From NCBI GenBank assembly GCA_965216465.1, contig CBDCFW010000001.1:64001-128000 (forward strand): a stretch of DNA of 64,000 nucleotides, in the 5' to 3' direction. The stretch is from Bacteroidia bacterium (lineage in GTDB: Bacteria; Bacteroidota; Bacteroidia; NS11-12g; UBA9320). The notes under the pieces are model-generated. The model had not been told where the DNA came from. It saw nothing but the letters and a program-made list of their open reading frames with translations, and ran no database searches. Position numbers and translations under genes: made by a program. This document shows positions 30,334-41,348 of this stretch, one piece after another (within the stretch, counting starts at the first letter, position 1; every line of letters begins with the position of its first letter).

Positions 30334-30709
30334 AATTTTAATCCTTTTTGTAATCTTAGGTGTCGGTGCATCAAGTCAAGCTCAGGTAACTGTTGATGTG
30401 CCTGAACAAGTGAATGTTGAGCTCCGAATGAAGAACGCGAGCATTGATACCACTAAGGTTTCTGGATATAGAATTCAAATTGCTTTCAACAGCGATATGT
30501 CGAAAGCCAATAAAGCGAAGACTAAGTTTCAAATAAATTTCCCTGACTATTCAACACGAGCTTACCTCCTCTACCAACAACCCTACTGGAAACTTAGAGT
30601 GGGTGACTTTTACCGAGAAATTGATGCACAAAAATTGCTTGCAGAAGTACGAGAACATTTTCCAGATGCCTTTGTGGTTAAAGATTATGTTCAAAGGCCG
30701 AAGCTTTAG
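30317..30709 (+). CDS. SPOR domain protein
   Basis: Signal peptide, [23 protein letters not shown]; start ATG 30317. Confidence 0.85.
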   Translation: MVKKLRILILFVILGVGASSQAQVTVDVPEQVNVELRMKNASIDTTKVSGYRIQIAFNSDMSKANKAKTKFQINFPDYSTRAYLLYQQPYWKLRVGDFYREIDAQKLLAEVREHFPDAFVVKDYVQRPKL

Positions 30710-30755
30710 CGAGAACCGTTATTTTTGTTGCCCTTCATAATTCACGAATAATTAC

Positions 30756-31673
30756 ATGCAGATACAAGTACAAAACGAATACTCTCGTTTAAAGACCGTT
30801 GTCTTAGGTATTGCTGATAGTTGTGGTGGCCAACCCCACTTAGACGATACATATGATCCAAAAACCAAGGAGTTTTTAAGAAAAGGAATCTATCCGCTTG
30901 AACGACACATGGTACCTGAAATGGATGCTTTCGCTGCGGTACTTGAAAAGCATGGGGTTAATGTACTTCGACCAAATAACATCGAAGACCTTAATCAAAT
31001 CTTTGCACGAGACATTTGCTTTGCAATTGATAACAAGTTTATAATACCTCATATTATTCGTGAACGTCAGGCTGAACAAGAGGCTATTATGGATTACATC
31101 AGTCAAGTAGATGATTCATCTGTACTTAGAGCCCCTGAAAATGTAAGGATTGAAGGTGGCGATGTAATTGTTCATAATGAATATGTTTTTGTAGGATACT
31201 CAGACGAGCAAGACTTTTATAACTTCAAAACGGCTCGTACAAATACGGATGGATTAGCCTATTTAAAAGAGCAATTCCCTAATAAACAAGTGATTGGATT
31301 TCAACTTAAAAAGTCTGACTACGCTCCGATGGAGAATGCACTTCACTTAGATTGTTGTTTCCAACCTTTGGGGTTGGGTCATGCGTTAATCTTTGAAGAT
31401 GGCTTTCAAAAACAATCTGACCTTGATATGTTGAAAGAGATTTTTGGTGCAGATAAACTGATTAAAGTATCTCGAGAAGAAATGTACAACATGAATTGCA
31501 ACATCTTTTCAATCGATAAAGACATTGTTGTAAGTGAACGTGGATTTATACGCATAAATGAGAAACTGACGCAGTTGGGATATACTGTAGAAGAAATTCC
31601 TTACTACCAGATTTCAAAACAAGAAGGACTTTTGCGCTGTTCAACCCTACCCCTGCTCCGAGAAAATGACTAG
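30756..31673 (+). CDS. Arginine deiminase/DDAH-family amidinotransferase
   Basis: EYSRLKTVVLG, QIFARD, EGGD, HLDC, GLLRCSTLPL. Confidence 0.88.
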   Translation: MQIQVQNEYSRLKTVVLGIADSCGGQPHLDDTYDPKTKEFLRKGIYPLERHMVPEMDAFAAVLEKHGVNVLRPNNIEDLNQIFARDICFAIDNKFIIPHIIRERQAEQEAIMDYISQVDDSSVLRAPENVRIEGGDVIVHNEYVFVGYSDEQDFYNFKTARTNTDGLAYLKEQFPNKQVIGFQLKKSDYAPMENALHLDCCFQPLGLGHALIFEDGFQKQSDLDMLKEIFGADKLIKVSREEMYNMNCNIFSIDKDIVVSERGFIRINEKLTQLGYTVEEIPYYQISKQEGLLRCSTLPLLREND

Positions 31674-32580
31674 CATTCCTAAAAGTGTAGCCATGGTTCG
31701 TCCGAGCCACTTTGCGTTCAATGCACAAACAGCAGGGAATAATGCCTTTCAAAACAATTTAGAAAATTTTACAGCCACTCAGATTCAAGATATTGCTAGA
31801 CTCGAGTTTGACAATATGGTAGAACTTCTTCGTGGCCACGATATCGAAGTATTAGTCTTTGAAGATCAAGATCACGATACTCCAGATTCAATCTTCCCTA
31901 ACAATTGGTTTTCAACCTTTACGAATGAGCTTATTCTTTATCCTATGTTTGGTGAAAACCGTAGGAAAGAAAGAAAACCAGCCATCTACAATGCCTTGTC
32001 AAGCAAACTTGGAAAGTCAATCAACCAAAATCTGTTAAAGCTTGAAGCAAAGAATGAAATTGTAGAAGGAACAGGGAGTCTTGTATGCGATTATGGCAGT
32101 AAGACTGCGTTTGCTGCAATGTCTGCTAGAACAACAAACATGGCAATGGATACCTTTGAAAAAGAGTCTGGGTTTAGCTCTGTTCGCTTTGATGCGTTAG
32201 GTCCAGATGGAAATTTGATTTATCACACTAACGTGATGATGACCATGGGCGACACGTATGTCGTTATAGGTCTAGATACGATAATTGAAGAGCACCGAAA
32301 CGAGGTGGTACAACAGCTTAAAGACTTAGGCAAAGACATCATTGAGCTATCTAACGACCAAGTTTTCAAGCACTTTGCTGGCAATATGTTGCAACTAAGC
32401 AATGAAGCTGGCGATAAATTCCTGGTCATGTCTAAGGAAGCCTATTCTTCATTAACCAACGAACAAGTCAACACCATTACCAACGACCATAATAACACCA
32501 TAATTCCTTGCCCAATTCATATGATTGAAAAAATTGGTGGAGGAAGTGCCCGTTGTATGATGGCCGAAATATTTTATTAG
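31666..32580 (+). CDS. ctlX: Citrulline utilization hydrolase CtlX-like
   Basis: MVRP, NNAFQ, TPDSIFPNNWFS, EGTGS, YHTNVMM, GGGSARCMMAE. Confidence 0.85.
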   Translation: MTSIPKSVAMVRPSHFAFNAQTAGNNAFQNNLENFTATQIQDIARLEFDNMVELLRGHDIEVLVFEDQDHDTPDSIFPNNWFSTFTNELILYPMFGENRRKERKPAIYNALSSKLGKSINQNLLKLEAKNEIVEGTGSLVCDYGSKTAFAAMSARTTNMAMDTFEKESGFSSVRFDALGPDGNLIYHTNVMMTMGDTYVVIGLDTIIEEHRNEVVQQLKDLGKDIIELSNDQVFKHFAGNMLQLSNEAGDKFLVMSKEAYSSLTNEQVNTITNDHNNTIIPCPIHMIEKIGGGSARCMMAEIFY

Positions 32581-32581
32581 C

Positions 32582-33277
32582 ATGCAAGTAGAAACAGTAC
32601 TGTCTCCAAGTTTATTTCATCAAATCGAATCGATTGAAGATAAAATCGTTGTCGTAATTGACGTATTGCGTGCAACCTCTACTATTACCACCATTTTTGA
32701 AAATGGAGCGAGTGCTGTAATTCCAGTGAAGGAGGAAGTAATCGCCCAAGCATATCAAGCCAATGGTTATTTAGTTGGAGGAGAACGCGGTGGCGAAACC
32801 ATTCCAGGCTTCGATTTTGGCAATTCACCTTTTCATTACAAAAGGGAAATTGTAGCAGGTAAAGAGGTGGTTTTAACCACAACCAATGGTACAAAATGCA
32901 TTGAGATGTCGGCCTCAGCCAATACAGTGCTTATTGGTAGCTTTTTAAACTTACAAGCTGTAGTCGATTACCTGAAAGCTGCTAAAAGAGATGTTGTTCT
33001 ATTTTGTGCTGGATGGAAAGATCGCGTAAACCTCGAAGACAGTTTGTTCGCCGGAGCGGTTGCCAGTTTGATTGGAGATGCAAACTTTGATGATGCCAGC
33101 TTATTGGTCAAAGCTGCATACGACCAAACTAAACACGACTTGTTTGGAACATTGAAGCAGTCAAATCACTTTCAACGTTTAGAAAAAAAGGGCGTGATTA
33201 AAGACATTGAATATTGTTGCCAAACAAACATCAGTAAGTTAGTTCCCAAACTAAATGATAAAAAGTTAGTGATTTAA
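32582..33277 (+). CDS. comB: 2-phosphosulfolactate phosphatase family protein
   Basis: VIDVLRATST, GERGG, GNSP, TTTNGT, LED. Confidence 0.88.
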   Translation: MQVETVLSPSLFHQIESIEDKIVVVIDVLRATSTITTIFENGASAVIPVKEEVIAQAYQANGYLVGGERGGETIPGFDFGNSPFHYKREIVAGKEVVLTTTNGTKCIEMSASANTVLIGSFLNLQAVVDYLKAAKRDVVLFCAGWKDRVNLEDSLFAGAVASLIGDANFDDASLLVKAAYDQTKHDLFGTLKQSNHFQRLEKKGVIKDIEYCCQTNISKLVPKLNDKKLVI

Positions 33278-33952
33278 GGTATCAGATTGAATTACCGTCT
33301 TAATAATCGCTAAGGTTTCGAACATCTTCGCCTCTACCCTCTCCACATAAGACTGAGCATTGGGTGCTCCACAATCTGCTGATAGTTGATGAATGATTTT
33401 GTTGTTTTCAACGATGTTATCTTCCACAAAAATCTCGAATGAATTGGGGTCAAACACCTCATCATCGTTGTTCTCTAGCATCATCGCTGAATCGTAATAA
33501 ATTGGCCTATTGTACTGAATATCAGTATTTACATAGAGCTTAAGTGTGTCGTTAAAGAAATAGTATGCATCTTCAATTCTCCTGGTTTCACCCAGTAAGA
33601 ATACCTCGTATCGAGCAATTGAGTCTAAGATAGAAACCCGTAGTTCACTTCCTTCTGTTGTTTCAAAATAATCAATGGTGTTGAAGGTATCGCGGGTGTT
33701 CCAGAGATTAAGCGAATCAAAATGACGATGCAAGGCGACTATACTATCAACAAAAGGCAAATAGTACTCGTGCTTCTCAAAGATGTTTTCAAATTTTGAA
33801 TCTTCTTCTTCGTTCACAACCTCCTCTACCACAATGGTATCACGCTGAGGTACCTCGATAACTTCTTCTGCTACTTCCACGACCTTCTCTTCTGGTTTCG
33901 TAGCACACGCAACCAGAACACTTAGCAAGCAGATATAGTAAAAGAGTTTCAT
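33266..33952 (-). CDS. Hypothetical acidic lipoprotein
   Basis: Lipobox LVAC; YNRPIYYD motif. Confidence 0.65.
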   Translation of the reverse strand: MKLFYYICLLSVLVACATKPEEKVVEVAEEVIEVPQRDTIVVEEVVNEEEDSKFENIFEKHEYYLPFVDSIVALHRHFDSLNLWNTRDTFNTIDYFETTEGSELRVSILDSIARYEVFLLGETRRIEDAYYFFNDTLKLYVNTDIQYNRPIYYDSAMMLENNDDEVFDPNSFEIFVEDNIVENNKIIHQLSADCGAPNAQSYVERVEAKMFETLAIIKTVIQSDTLNH

Positions 33953-33958
33953 TTCATT

Positions 33959-34393
33959 TTAGCAAGGAATCTTATCGACTCTTCTTTGATGGCGCCCACC
34001 TTCGTATTCTTCATCCAAATATGTTTGAAATACAGCAAGGGCTTCATCTTCACTCAAAAATCGAGCAGGTAAACAAATTACGTTCGCATTATTGTGTTGC
34101 TTGATTAAAGCAGCAACATCTTTGTTCCATGCTAAACCAGCACGTATTCCTTGGTGCTTGTTAGCAGCCATACATACTCCATTTGCACTTCCACAGATTA
34201 AAATACCAAAATCAGCATTTCCTTTTTCAATATCATTGCATACTGGATGTGCAAAGTCAGGATAATCTACTGAATCAGAGCTGTTTGTACCGTGATTTAC
34301 AAATTCGAATTGATCACTGTATTCTTTGATTATTCGTTGTTTCAACTCTGTTCCTGCATGGTCGTTGCCAATGGCAATCGTCTGTTTATTCAT
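33959..34393 (-). CDS. rpiB: Ribose-5-phosphate isomerase B
   Basis: DHAG, SVDYPD, CGSANG, HNNAN, EGGRHQRR. Confidence 0.96.
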   Translation of the reverse strand: MNKQTIAIGNDHAGTELKQRIIKEYSDQFEFVNHGTNSSDSVDYPDFAHPVCNDIEKGNADFGILICGSANGVCMAANKHQGIRAGLAWNKDVAALIKQHNNANVICLPARFLSEDEALAVFQTYLDEEYEGGRHQRRVDKIPC

Positions 34394-35207
34394 AATTTTT
34401 TTCTACTCGTTTTGCGATTAATATTCCTACCTCGTACAAGCCCAGAACCGGAATACTTAAAATAATCTGGCTTGCAATATCGGGTGGTGTAATGATAGCA
34501 GAAATTACTAAGATTACAACCAAGGCTACCTTTCGGTAATTGGCCAAAGTTCGGGCGGTTACAACACCAACCTTGGCTAACAAATATATAACTAAAGGAA
34601 GTTCAAAAATAATAGCAGCTCCAACCGTAAGCATCGAAACTAAACTTACCACAGAACTGACGGTAAACTCCTTTTGTATTACATTACTAAGTGTGTAGTT
34701 ACCTAAGAAGTTGATTGATATTGGAGCCAATACAAAGTATCCAAACAAAATACCCAAGAAGAACATCGATGACGCAGCAAAAATTGCTAGTCCGGAGTAT
34801 TTCTTCTCGTTAGCTTTTAATGCAGGTTTAATGAATCGATAAATCTCATACAAGATATATGGAAGAGCAAGAACAAGCCCACCAATGAGGGCAATCATCA
34901 TGTGTTGAAAAAACTGCTCTTGTACTTTAACTGTTTTGACCACAAACTCCATCTGATCAATGCAGATCTTATCTGAGTCATAGAGGTAGTGCGAAAGGTC
35001 GCAGATGCGTTGAAAAGTCCAGAAGTCAACTTGTGTAGGACCTAATAGAATTTTATCGAAGATGTAGGTGCCGTAGATTCCGGCTACTATTGCCCCAAGA
35101 CCAACTGCAATCAGCGAACGCAGAATGTGCCACCTCAGAGCTTCAAGATGCTCCAAGAATGTCATTTGAGCTTCGTGCTGATCTATGTCTATCTGATCTA
35201 GAGCCAT
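34386..35207 (-). CDS. tatC: Twin-arginine translocase subunit TatC
   Basis: MTFLEHLEALR, FIKPAL, FELP, AIITPPD, LYE. Confidence 0.95.
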   Translation of the reverse strand: MALDQIDIDQHEAQMTFLEHLEALRWHILRSLIAVGLGAIVAGIYGTYIFDKILLGPTQVDFWTFQRICDLSHYLYDSDKICIDQMEFVVKTVKVQEQFFQHMMIALIGGLVLALPYILYEIYRFIKPALKANEKKYSGLAIFAASSMFFLGILFGYFVLAPISINFLGNYTLSNVIQKEFTVSSVVSLVSMLTVGAAIIFELPLVIYLLAKVGVVTARTLANYRKVALVVILVISAIITPPDIASQIILSIPVLGLYEVGILIAKRVEKNYE

Positions 35208-35212
35208 TCAGC

Positions 35213-35962
35213 TTACATTAACATGCCTCCGCACACGCTAATTACTTGACCGGAGATGTATGCCGCATTATCGCTGCCTAAGAATACGCATGCATTTGCC
35301 ACATCTTCAGGAGTTCCACCTCTTTTCAATGGAATATTTTCTGTCCAGCTTTTTAAAGCTTCTTCGCCTAATTCAGCTGTCATTTCTGTTTCAATGAAAC
35401 CAGGAGTGATCACATTACAACGTAAGTTTCTGCTTCCTAACTCTTTAGCAATTGACTTAGAAAACCCAATGATTCCTGCTTTAGATGCGGCGTAATTTGA
35501 CTGACCCGCATTTCCCATAACACCTACTACAGAAGACATGTTGATAATGCTGCCTCCTTTTTGTTTTAGGAAGTTTCTTACCGAAGCTTTAGTCAGGTTA
35601 AATACTGATTTCAAGTTCACTTCCATGATCTCATCCCACTGCTCTTCACTCATTCTCATGAGAAGATTATCGCGGGTAATACCGGCATTATTCACTAGGA
35701 TTTGGAAACCTCCAAACTCTGCAATTACTTCGTCTACAAACTTTTGAGAAGACTCAAAGCTCGCGGCGTTACTTTGAAAACCTTTAACCTTTACACCGTA
35801 TTTTGACGATAATTCTTCTTCCAAGGCTTTTGCTTTCTCAACTGAACTTGCAAAACTGAATGCAATGTTGCATCCTTCTTGTGCAAATTTTTCTGCAATA
35901 CCTTTTCCAATACCTCTACTCGCCCCAGTAATAATGGCTGTTTTATTTTCTAATTGTTTCAT
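35213..35962 (-). CDS. fabG: 3-oxoacyl-ACP reductase
   Basis: TGASRGIG, NNAGITRD, NYAASK, PGFIETEM. Confidence 0.95.
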   Translation of the reverse strand: MKQLENKTAIITGASRGIGKGIAEKFAQEGCNIAFSFASSVEKAKALEEELSSKYGVKVKGFQSNAASFESSQKFVDEVIAEFGGFQILVNNAGITRDNLLMRMSEEQWDEIMEVNLKSVFNLTKASVRNFLKQKGGSIINMSSVVGVMGNAGQSNYAASKAGIIGFSKSIAKELGSRNLRCNVITPGFIETEMTAELGEEALKSWTENIPLKRGGTPEDVANACVFLGSDNAAYISGQVISVCGGMLM

Positions 35963-36026
35963 TTGCTTTTAGTTTCAGGGGCAAAAGTATTTTATAAAAT
36001 GTAAAAGTGGATATTTGTATCTAGAA

Positions 36027-36491
36027 ATGTCGATTTACCGCATAGAATCTTCACAGGAATTACCGATCACCCTCGATGAAGCATGGGAGTTTTTCTCAAA
36101 CCCAAACAACCTGGAGTATATCACCCCTTCAAGAAACAATTTTGAAATATCAAATAGTGCAGAGAATTTCATGTATCCTGGCCAGATTATAACGTATTCT
36201 ATGTATCCTTTCTTCTTTTGGAAAACACAATGGGTTTGCGAAATCACACATGTTAAAGAAAAGGAATACTTCATTGATGTTCAAAGTATGGGGCCCTTCA
36301 AATACTGGCACCATAAGCACAGCTTTAAGGAAATAGAAGGCGGAAAAGGAGTTATCGTTGAAGACGTGTTGTACTACAAACTTCCCTTTGGATTTATTGG
36401 AAAAATCGCACATGCTCTATTCATTGGTAAGAGGATCGATAAAGTATTTCAATTCCGACGCGAACAGTTAAAGAAGATTTTTAGGGGCTAA
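36027..36491 (+). CDS. SRPBCC family protein
   Basis: WEFFSNPNNL..ITP, GPFKYWHHKH, F.FR. Confidence 0.85.
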   Translation: MSIYRIESSQELPITLDEAWEFFSNPNNLEYITPSRNNFEISNSAENFMYPGQIITYSMYPFFFWKTQWVCEITHVKEKEYFIDVQSMGPFKYWHHKHSFKEIEGGKGVIVEDVLYYKLPFGFIGKIAHALFIGKRIDKVFQFRREQLKKIFRG

Positions 36492-36569
36492 CGGTTACTA
36501 TATTTCTGTACTAATCAACATCTTTTTAATAGCGTATCAAATTAGCCATTTTTCTTGTAGGTTTGGCAT

Positions 36570-37898
36570 ATGAAGCAGGTTCTCGTTTTAGGAGCTGGTC
36601 TGTCGGCCACTTATCTTATTGCATACTTAGAAGAGCACGCAAGTAAAGAGCAGTGGTCATTAACCGTGGCTGATAGAGACCTCGACTTGGTAAATTCCAA
36701 ATGCAAATCTTCTGCTACTAAAAGACTTGCTTTAGATATTCAAGATAAAGACAATGTTCGAAACCACATTGCTTCTGCTGACCTCGTAGTAAGCATGCTA
36801 CCCGCTTTTTTGCATATTCACATTGCAAAAATTTGCGTTGAAGAATCGGTGCATTTAGCGACTGCTTCCTACCTCAGTGAAGAAATCAAAGCACTACATA
36901 ACACAGCCCTAAACAAAGATTTAGTTTTCTTAAACGAATGCGGTTTAGACCCCGGAATTGATCACTTATCGGCCATGCAGATGATCGACACTATTCGTAA
37001 CAAGGGTGGACAAATCACTGAATTTGAAAGCTTTACAGGAGGACTAATTGCTCCCGATTGCGAAGACAACCCATGGAAATACAAGTTTACCTGGAATCCC
37101 AGAAATGTGGTTTTGGCGGGCAGTGGCGGTGCCGTAAAGTTTATTCAGGAAGGAAAATACAAGTACATCCCCTATCATCGTGTATTTCGTCGCACGGAGA
37201 TTGTCGATATTGAAGGCTATGGAAAATTTGAAGGATATGCTAATCGCGATTCACTAAGTTACCGAGAGGTATACGGGCTTCAAAATGTTAAGACCATGTA
37301 CCGAGGCACCTTCCGTCGACCTGGTTTTTCAAAAGCTTGGAACGCATTCGTTCAACTGGGTGCAACAGACGATTCATATCAGCTCGAAAACTCAGAGCAT
37401 ATGACAAACAGAGACTTCATCAATACGTTTCTAGCCTATCACCCGACCGACAGCGTTGAACTAAAACTGAGGCAATACTTAAAAATAGATCAAGATGACG
37501 TCAGCCTGTGGGAACGAATAGAATCAACCGGAATATTTTCTGACGATAAAGTTGGTTTACCAAATGCTACTCCGGCACAAATGCTTCAAAAGATTCTAGA
37601 AAAGTCGTGGGCACTAAAAGAAGACGACCGCGATATGATTGTAATGTGGCATAAGGTTACGTACAATTTGAAAGGAGAAAGTCAAGTGAGTACTAGCAGT
37701 TTGGTCTGCGAAGGAGAAAGCAGAAAAGAAACGGCTATGGCAAAAACTGTTGGACTTCCTCTAGCCATTGCTTGCAAGCTTATTCTCAAAGGTGAAATAA
37801 CTCAACGAGGTTGCATTCTACCTATTGCTGAAGAGTTTTATGTTCCTATCCTGAATGAATTGAAAGATTACGGAATTGCCTTCAAAGGAAATCACTAG
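36570..37898 (+). CDS. Saccharopine dehydrogenase family protein
   Basis: GAGLS, SMLPA, GLDPGIDHLSA, YKFTWNPRNV, AMAKTVGLP. Confidence 0.92.
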   Translation: MKQVLVLGAGLSATYLIAYLEEHASKEQWSLTVADRDLDLVNSKCKSSATKRLALDIQDKDNVRNHIASADLVVSMLPAFLHIHIAKICVEESVHLATASYLSEEIKALHNTALNKDLVFLNECGLDPGIDHLSAMQMIDTIRNKGGQITEFESFTGGLIAPDCEDNPWKYKFTWNPRNVVLAGSGGAVKFIQEGKYKYIPYHRVFRRTEIVDIEGYGKFEGYANRDSLSYREVYGLQNVKTMYRGTFRRPGFSKAWNAFVQLGATDDSYQLENSEHMTNRDFINTFLAYHPTDSVELKLRQYLKIDQDDVSLWERIESTGIFSDDKVGLPNATPAQMLQKILEKSWALKEDDRDMIVMWHKVTYNLKGESQVSTSSLVCEGESRKETAMAKTVGLPLAIACKLILKGEITQRGCILPIAEEFYVPILNELKDYGIAFKGNH

Positions 37899-38770
37899 TA
37901 CAACTTTACGCTTCGAGAAACAGTAGTGGTAAAGCAAAATACGCCTAATCCACCTTCTACATTACCACTGTTAAGTGAGTAGGTTGCCAACGGCCCTCCA
38001 TAAATGTGGTTGTTCTCAAGCAGACCCAAGTAGTATTGGTACATGGTATTTGAAATACAGCTCAACTTGATTTCCATTTGCTGCGGAATAAAATCAGGGC
38101 GTGACCATGATTCCTGATTAGCAATGATTTCTATCCTCTTATACGAATCGGCAAACAGTTTATCATCGAACAATGCATAGTTACTTGGCGTAGCAATGGT
38201 ATTGATGTTAGTTGCAAATACCCGATCGCCCGAATTGAAATTCACAGGTATGCTATGGTCTATGGTATCATTGCCTTCTATTAGTTTTCCGCGAACAAAA
38301 AGTTCGACCATATAGTTTGTGCTTGAGGGTACATCGTGTACTTTGAATTCTGCTCGATAACTGTTACCAATTACCAGCACGCTATCAAATTCATAAAATG
38401 GAATACTTGCAGGTACTGAATCTCGAGCCAGAATAGTGGGATAGTCATCCATTGCAATTTCAAGCTGATAAACTTTACCGAGCTTTGCTAAAATCGGGAG
38501 TTCAATTTTACCATCGTGAACGATAACGGTATCAAAAAACACTGGAAAATCGTTTTCTTTTAACAACACAACGGCATCTCCTCTAGCATCATCTAACTCT
38601 GGTGTTTGAACCGAGTTTACCGAAGAGCCTAGGTACATGTTAAATCCTTGACCAGCAGAGTTGTAGCTATTAACTACCAACTTCTTCTCAAAGTCAAATT
38701 TCTTCAATGGAATCTGCCGTTCGCATGAGGCGAATACTAAAATCAACGCTATGAAGTATACATATCTCAT
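37895..38770 (-). CDS. DUF4249 family lipoprotein
   Basis: Lipobox ASC-ER, KLVV, C-terminal NVEGGLGVF; follows the TonB receptor. Confidence 0.8.
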   Translation of the reverse strand: MRYVYFIALILVFASCERQIPLKKFDFEKKLVVNSYNSAGQGFNMYLGSSVNSVQTPELDDARGDAVVLLKENDFPVFFDTVIVHDGKIELPILAKLGKVYQLEIAMDDYPTILARDSVPASIPFYEFDSVLVIGNSYRAEFKVHDVPSSTNYMVELFVRGKLIEGNDTIDHSIPVNFNSGDRVFATNINTIATPSNYALFDDKLFADSYKRIEIIANQESWSRPDFIPQQMEIKLSCISNTMYQYYLGLLENNHIYGGPLATYSLNSGNVEGGLGVFCFTTTVSRSVKLY

Positions 38771-41325
38771 AGGTTAATGCTGTATTTAAGCATGGGCATC
38801 ATCGGAAGATAAGATCTAATTTTAATTGTCGGTTCTGCCTCTTCATCCAATCCAATATAAACCATAAATGGATTTAGCTGATTGTATAGGTTGTAAACAC
38901 CGACAATAAAGGTGGTATTAAACTTCTTGTATTCTTTTCGCTTAACATAAGATACATCCAGGTGGTGGGTAGCAGGAAGCCTAAAGTTATTGATTTTATC
39001 AAACTCTTCAACAATAACTTCTTGTCCATTTACAAGCGTAACATATCTAGCGGTTGGTAAACTCACTGGGTTTCCACTGGCAAATGTGAAGGATACCATA
39101 ATCTTTGATTCATCATTAATCTGCTGTTCGGCCAAAATATTTAATGAATGTGGTCTGTCGTATTTCGAGAAATACTCTGTTCCGTCGTTTATGCCTTCAA
39201 CCGTTCGCTTGCTGCGACAGAAGGTGTATCCGCCATAAACACTCCAATTCTTAATTCGTGTTCGTGATGAAAGTTCAAATCCAAAAGCTCTCCCACTTCC
39301 TTTAACCAGACTTTCTTCCCAGTTCTGATCCGAAAGCAAGTTTGCTCCATTTTTGTGCTCAACAATGTTGTTATAAAACTTGCTAAACAATGCTCCTCCC
39401 CATTGCACCTTCTTTCCGTTGTATTGAAATTTAGTACTTAATTGAGTCACACTCAATGGGTTAAGATTGCTTGTTACAGGTAGCCAGATGTCTAAGGGCA
39501 AACCTAGATTGTTGTTGGGTACTAGGTGAACAAACTGATCAACAGATGAAAGACCAAAACGCAATTGCTTCTTCTTGTCGATGTTTTGAATAAGCAAAAC
39601 TCTAGGCTGAAAACGCAAGAAATTAGTAGAATCAGAACTGAATCGAGCAACACGCATTCCCATGGTAATATTTCCCCCATCGAAGTATGCTTTGTCTTCT
39701 ACATAAGCAAAGATTTCTTGTGAATTGATCTTATTGGAAACTAAGAATGTATCAATATTTGATACGTTGCTTATCGAACGGTAGTTTCTTTCAAAAGGTA
39801 TAAACTCATAGCGTACATAACCCGCTCCAACTTGCAAATGATTTTTATTGTTGAAGAACAAATCAAGGTCAAGTGAGTTTCTAAGTTCTTTTAATCCATT
39901 GGTATACGAGGATTTGTTAGCGTAGCTATTTCCAATCTGATTAAAGCCATATTCATCGCTAAACTCAACGCGGTAACCGCTGTAAGTTGATTGAAATGTT
40001 AGGTAGGCTTTATCAGACAGTATGCTATTCCACTGCAAGCCCATAAGGTTGTTTCTCCAACCAAGTGCTCCTACTGTAGATTCAACCGTTTCTAGCTGGT
40101 CACGTAACTTTAGTTCTGTGTTAAAGCGGAACTGATCTCCCCCATTATAAGCGGTAAATTTCACATCGTTTCGCTTGTTGATTTGATAGTGCAGCTTGCC
40201 GTAAAAATCATAATACCACAGGGCTGTATGCTCTTTTTGCACCTGATTTCTGTCTAAGAACTGTTGAATAGGATACATTAAAATATCTGCATAAGTTCTT
40301 CGTGCAGAAACGGAATAGCTCAGTTTATCCTTCACAATAGGTCCATTGAGTGCAATTCCACTTGAAATGATACCTAAATCAACTGCTGCTTCGTGCTTCG
40401 TTTTGTTTCCGTTGTTGAGGCTAACATCAATAACACTGCTAAGTCGTGAGCTGTACCGGCTTGGAAAAGCATCTTTATACACTTTGATGTTATTAATCGT
40501 TGAAGAATTGAAGATGGAGTATAATCCGAGCAGGTGGAAGGTATTGTAAACTGGAATTCCGTCCATTACCACAAAGTTTTGATCAGGTCCTCCTCCTCTT
40601 ACGATCAAACCTGGATCCCCAAAAGAAACGTTTTGAACGCCTGTAAGCATCTTTAAATTGTTTAGAGCATCGGTCTCCCCACCTAAAGAAGGAATAATAT
40701 TTTCAGAAGGACTGATTTCGTCAAACTGTTTTAGGGTTAATGATAACGAATCACTAAATGCTACATCGATCTCTGCTATACTTTGTATTGGGTTTAGACT
40801 AAAGATGTACATCTGTTGGTCATCAACAGTTAAATGATGATGTGCAGATTGATAGCCTTCTTTGTATAAAAGAATATCTACAATATTGGATTTGAGATAT
40901 ACCCGATAATATCCCAGTTTGTCGGTAACAACTGCTTTGTTCGTTCCACCAATTGATATGAGCGTGTTTGAAAGACGCTCTTTCGATTGATAATCGACTA
41001 CATAACCGTGAATAAAAATCAAACCAGATTGAGGGGTAATCAAGATTGAACCGTTGTCTCCCACATTATAATCGATGTGGGTTTGAGAGCTCAGGGTATC
41101 TAAGGCTTGCTTTACGGTTGTGTTCTTTAGATTAACCTGAACAGGTTTGTCTTGAACGGTGCTTGCTTTGTAATTAAATCGCACTGAAGTTTGGCTGGAT
41201 ATTTTGGCAAGGCACTGCTCTAGATCTTGACTACAAGTAAGTTCTGAGATCTTAATTTCAAGCAAAGATTGGGCATTGGACCACAGAAAGCCAAAGAGAA
41301 TTAATATGACCAGTTTAAACCTCAA
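38767..41325 (-). CDS. TonB-dependent receptor with N-terminal signalling (STN-like) and carboxypeptidase-regulatory-like domains
   Basis: GETD, VRGGGPDQN, DGIPVYN..HLLG, YDRPH, RLPATHHLD, YNLYN. Confidence 0.9.
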   Translation of the reverse strand: MRFKLVILILFGFLWSNAQSLLEIKISELTCSQDLEQCLAKISSQTSVRFNYKASTVQDKPVQVNLKNTTVKQALDTLSSQTHIDYNVGDNGSILITPQSGLIFIHGYVVDYQSKERLSNTLISIGGTNKAVVTDKLGYYRVYLKSNIVDILLYKEGYQSAHHHLTVDDQQMYIFSLNPIQSIAEIDVAFSDSLSLTLKQFDEISPSENIIPSLGGETDALNNLKMLTGVQNVSFGDPGLIVRGGGPDQNFVVMDGIPVYNTFHLLGLYSIFNSSTINNIKVYKDAFPSRYSSRLSSVIDVSLNNGNKTKHEAAVDLGIISSGIALNGPIVKDKLSYSVSARRTYADILMYPIQQFLDRNQVQKEHTALWYYDFYGKLHYQINKRNDVKFTAYNGGDQFRFNTELKLRDQLETVESTVGALGWRNNLMGLQWNSILSDKAYLTFQSTYSGYRVEFSDEYGFNQIGNSYANKSSYTNGLKELRNSLDLDLFFNNKNHLQVGAGYVRYEFIPFERNYRSISNVSNIDTFLVSNKINSQEIFAYVEDKAYFDGGNITMGMRVARFSSDSTNFLRFQPRVLLIQNIDKKKQLRFGLSSVDQFVHLVPNNNLGLPLDIWLPVTSNLNPLSVTQLSTKFQYNGKKVQWGGALFSKFYNNIVEHKNGANLLSDQNWEESLVKGSGRAFGFELSSRTRIKNWSVYGGYTFCRSKRTVEGINDGTEYFSKYDRPHSLNILAEQQINDESKIMVSFTFASGNPVSLPTARYVTLVNGQEVIVEEFDKINNFRLPATHHLDVSYVKRKEYKKFNTTFIVGVYNLYNQLNPFMVYIGLDEEAEPTIKIRSYLPMMPMLKYSINL

Positions 41326-41348
41326 TTATTGCAAAGTACAATAATTGC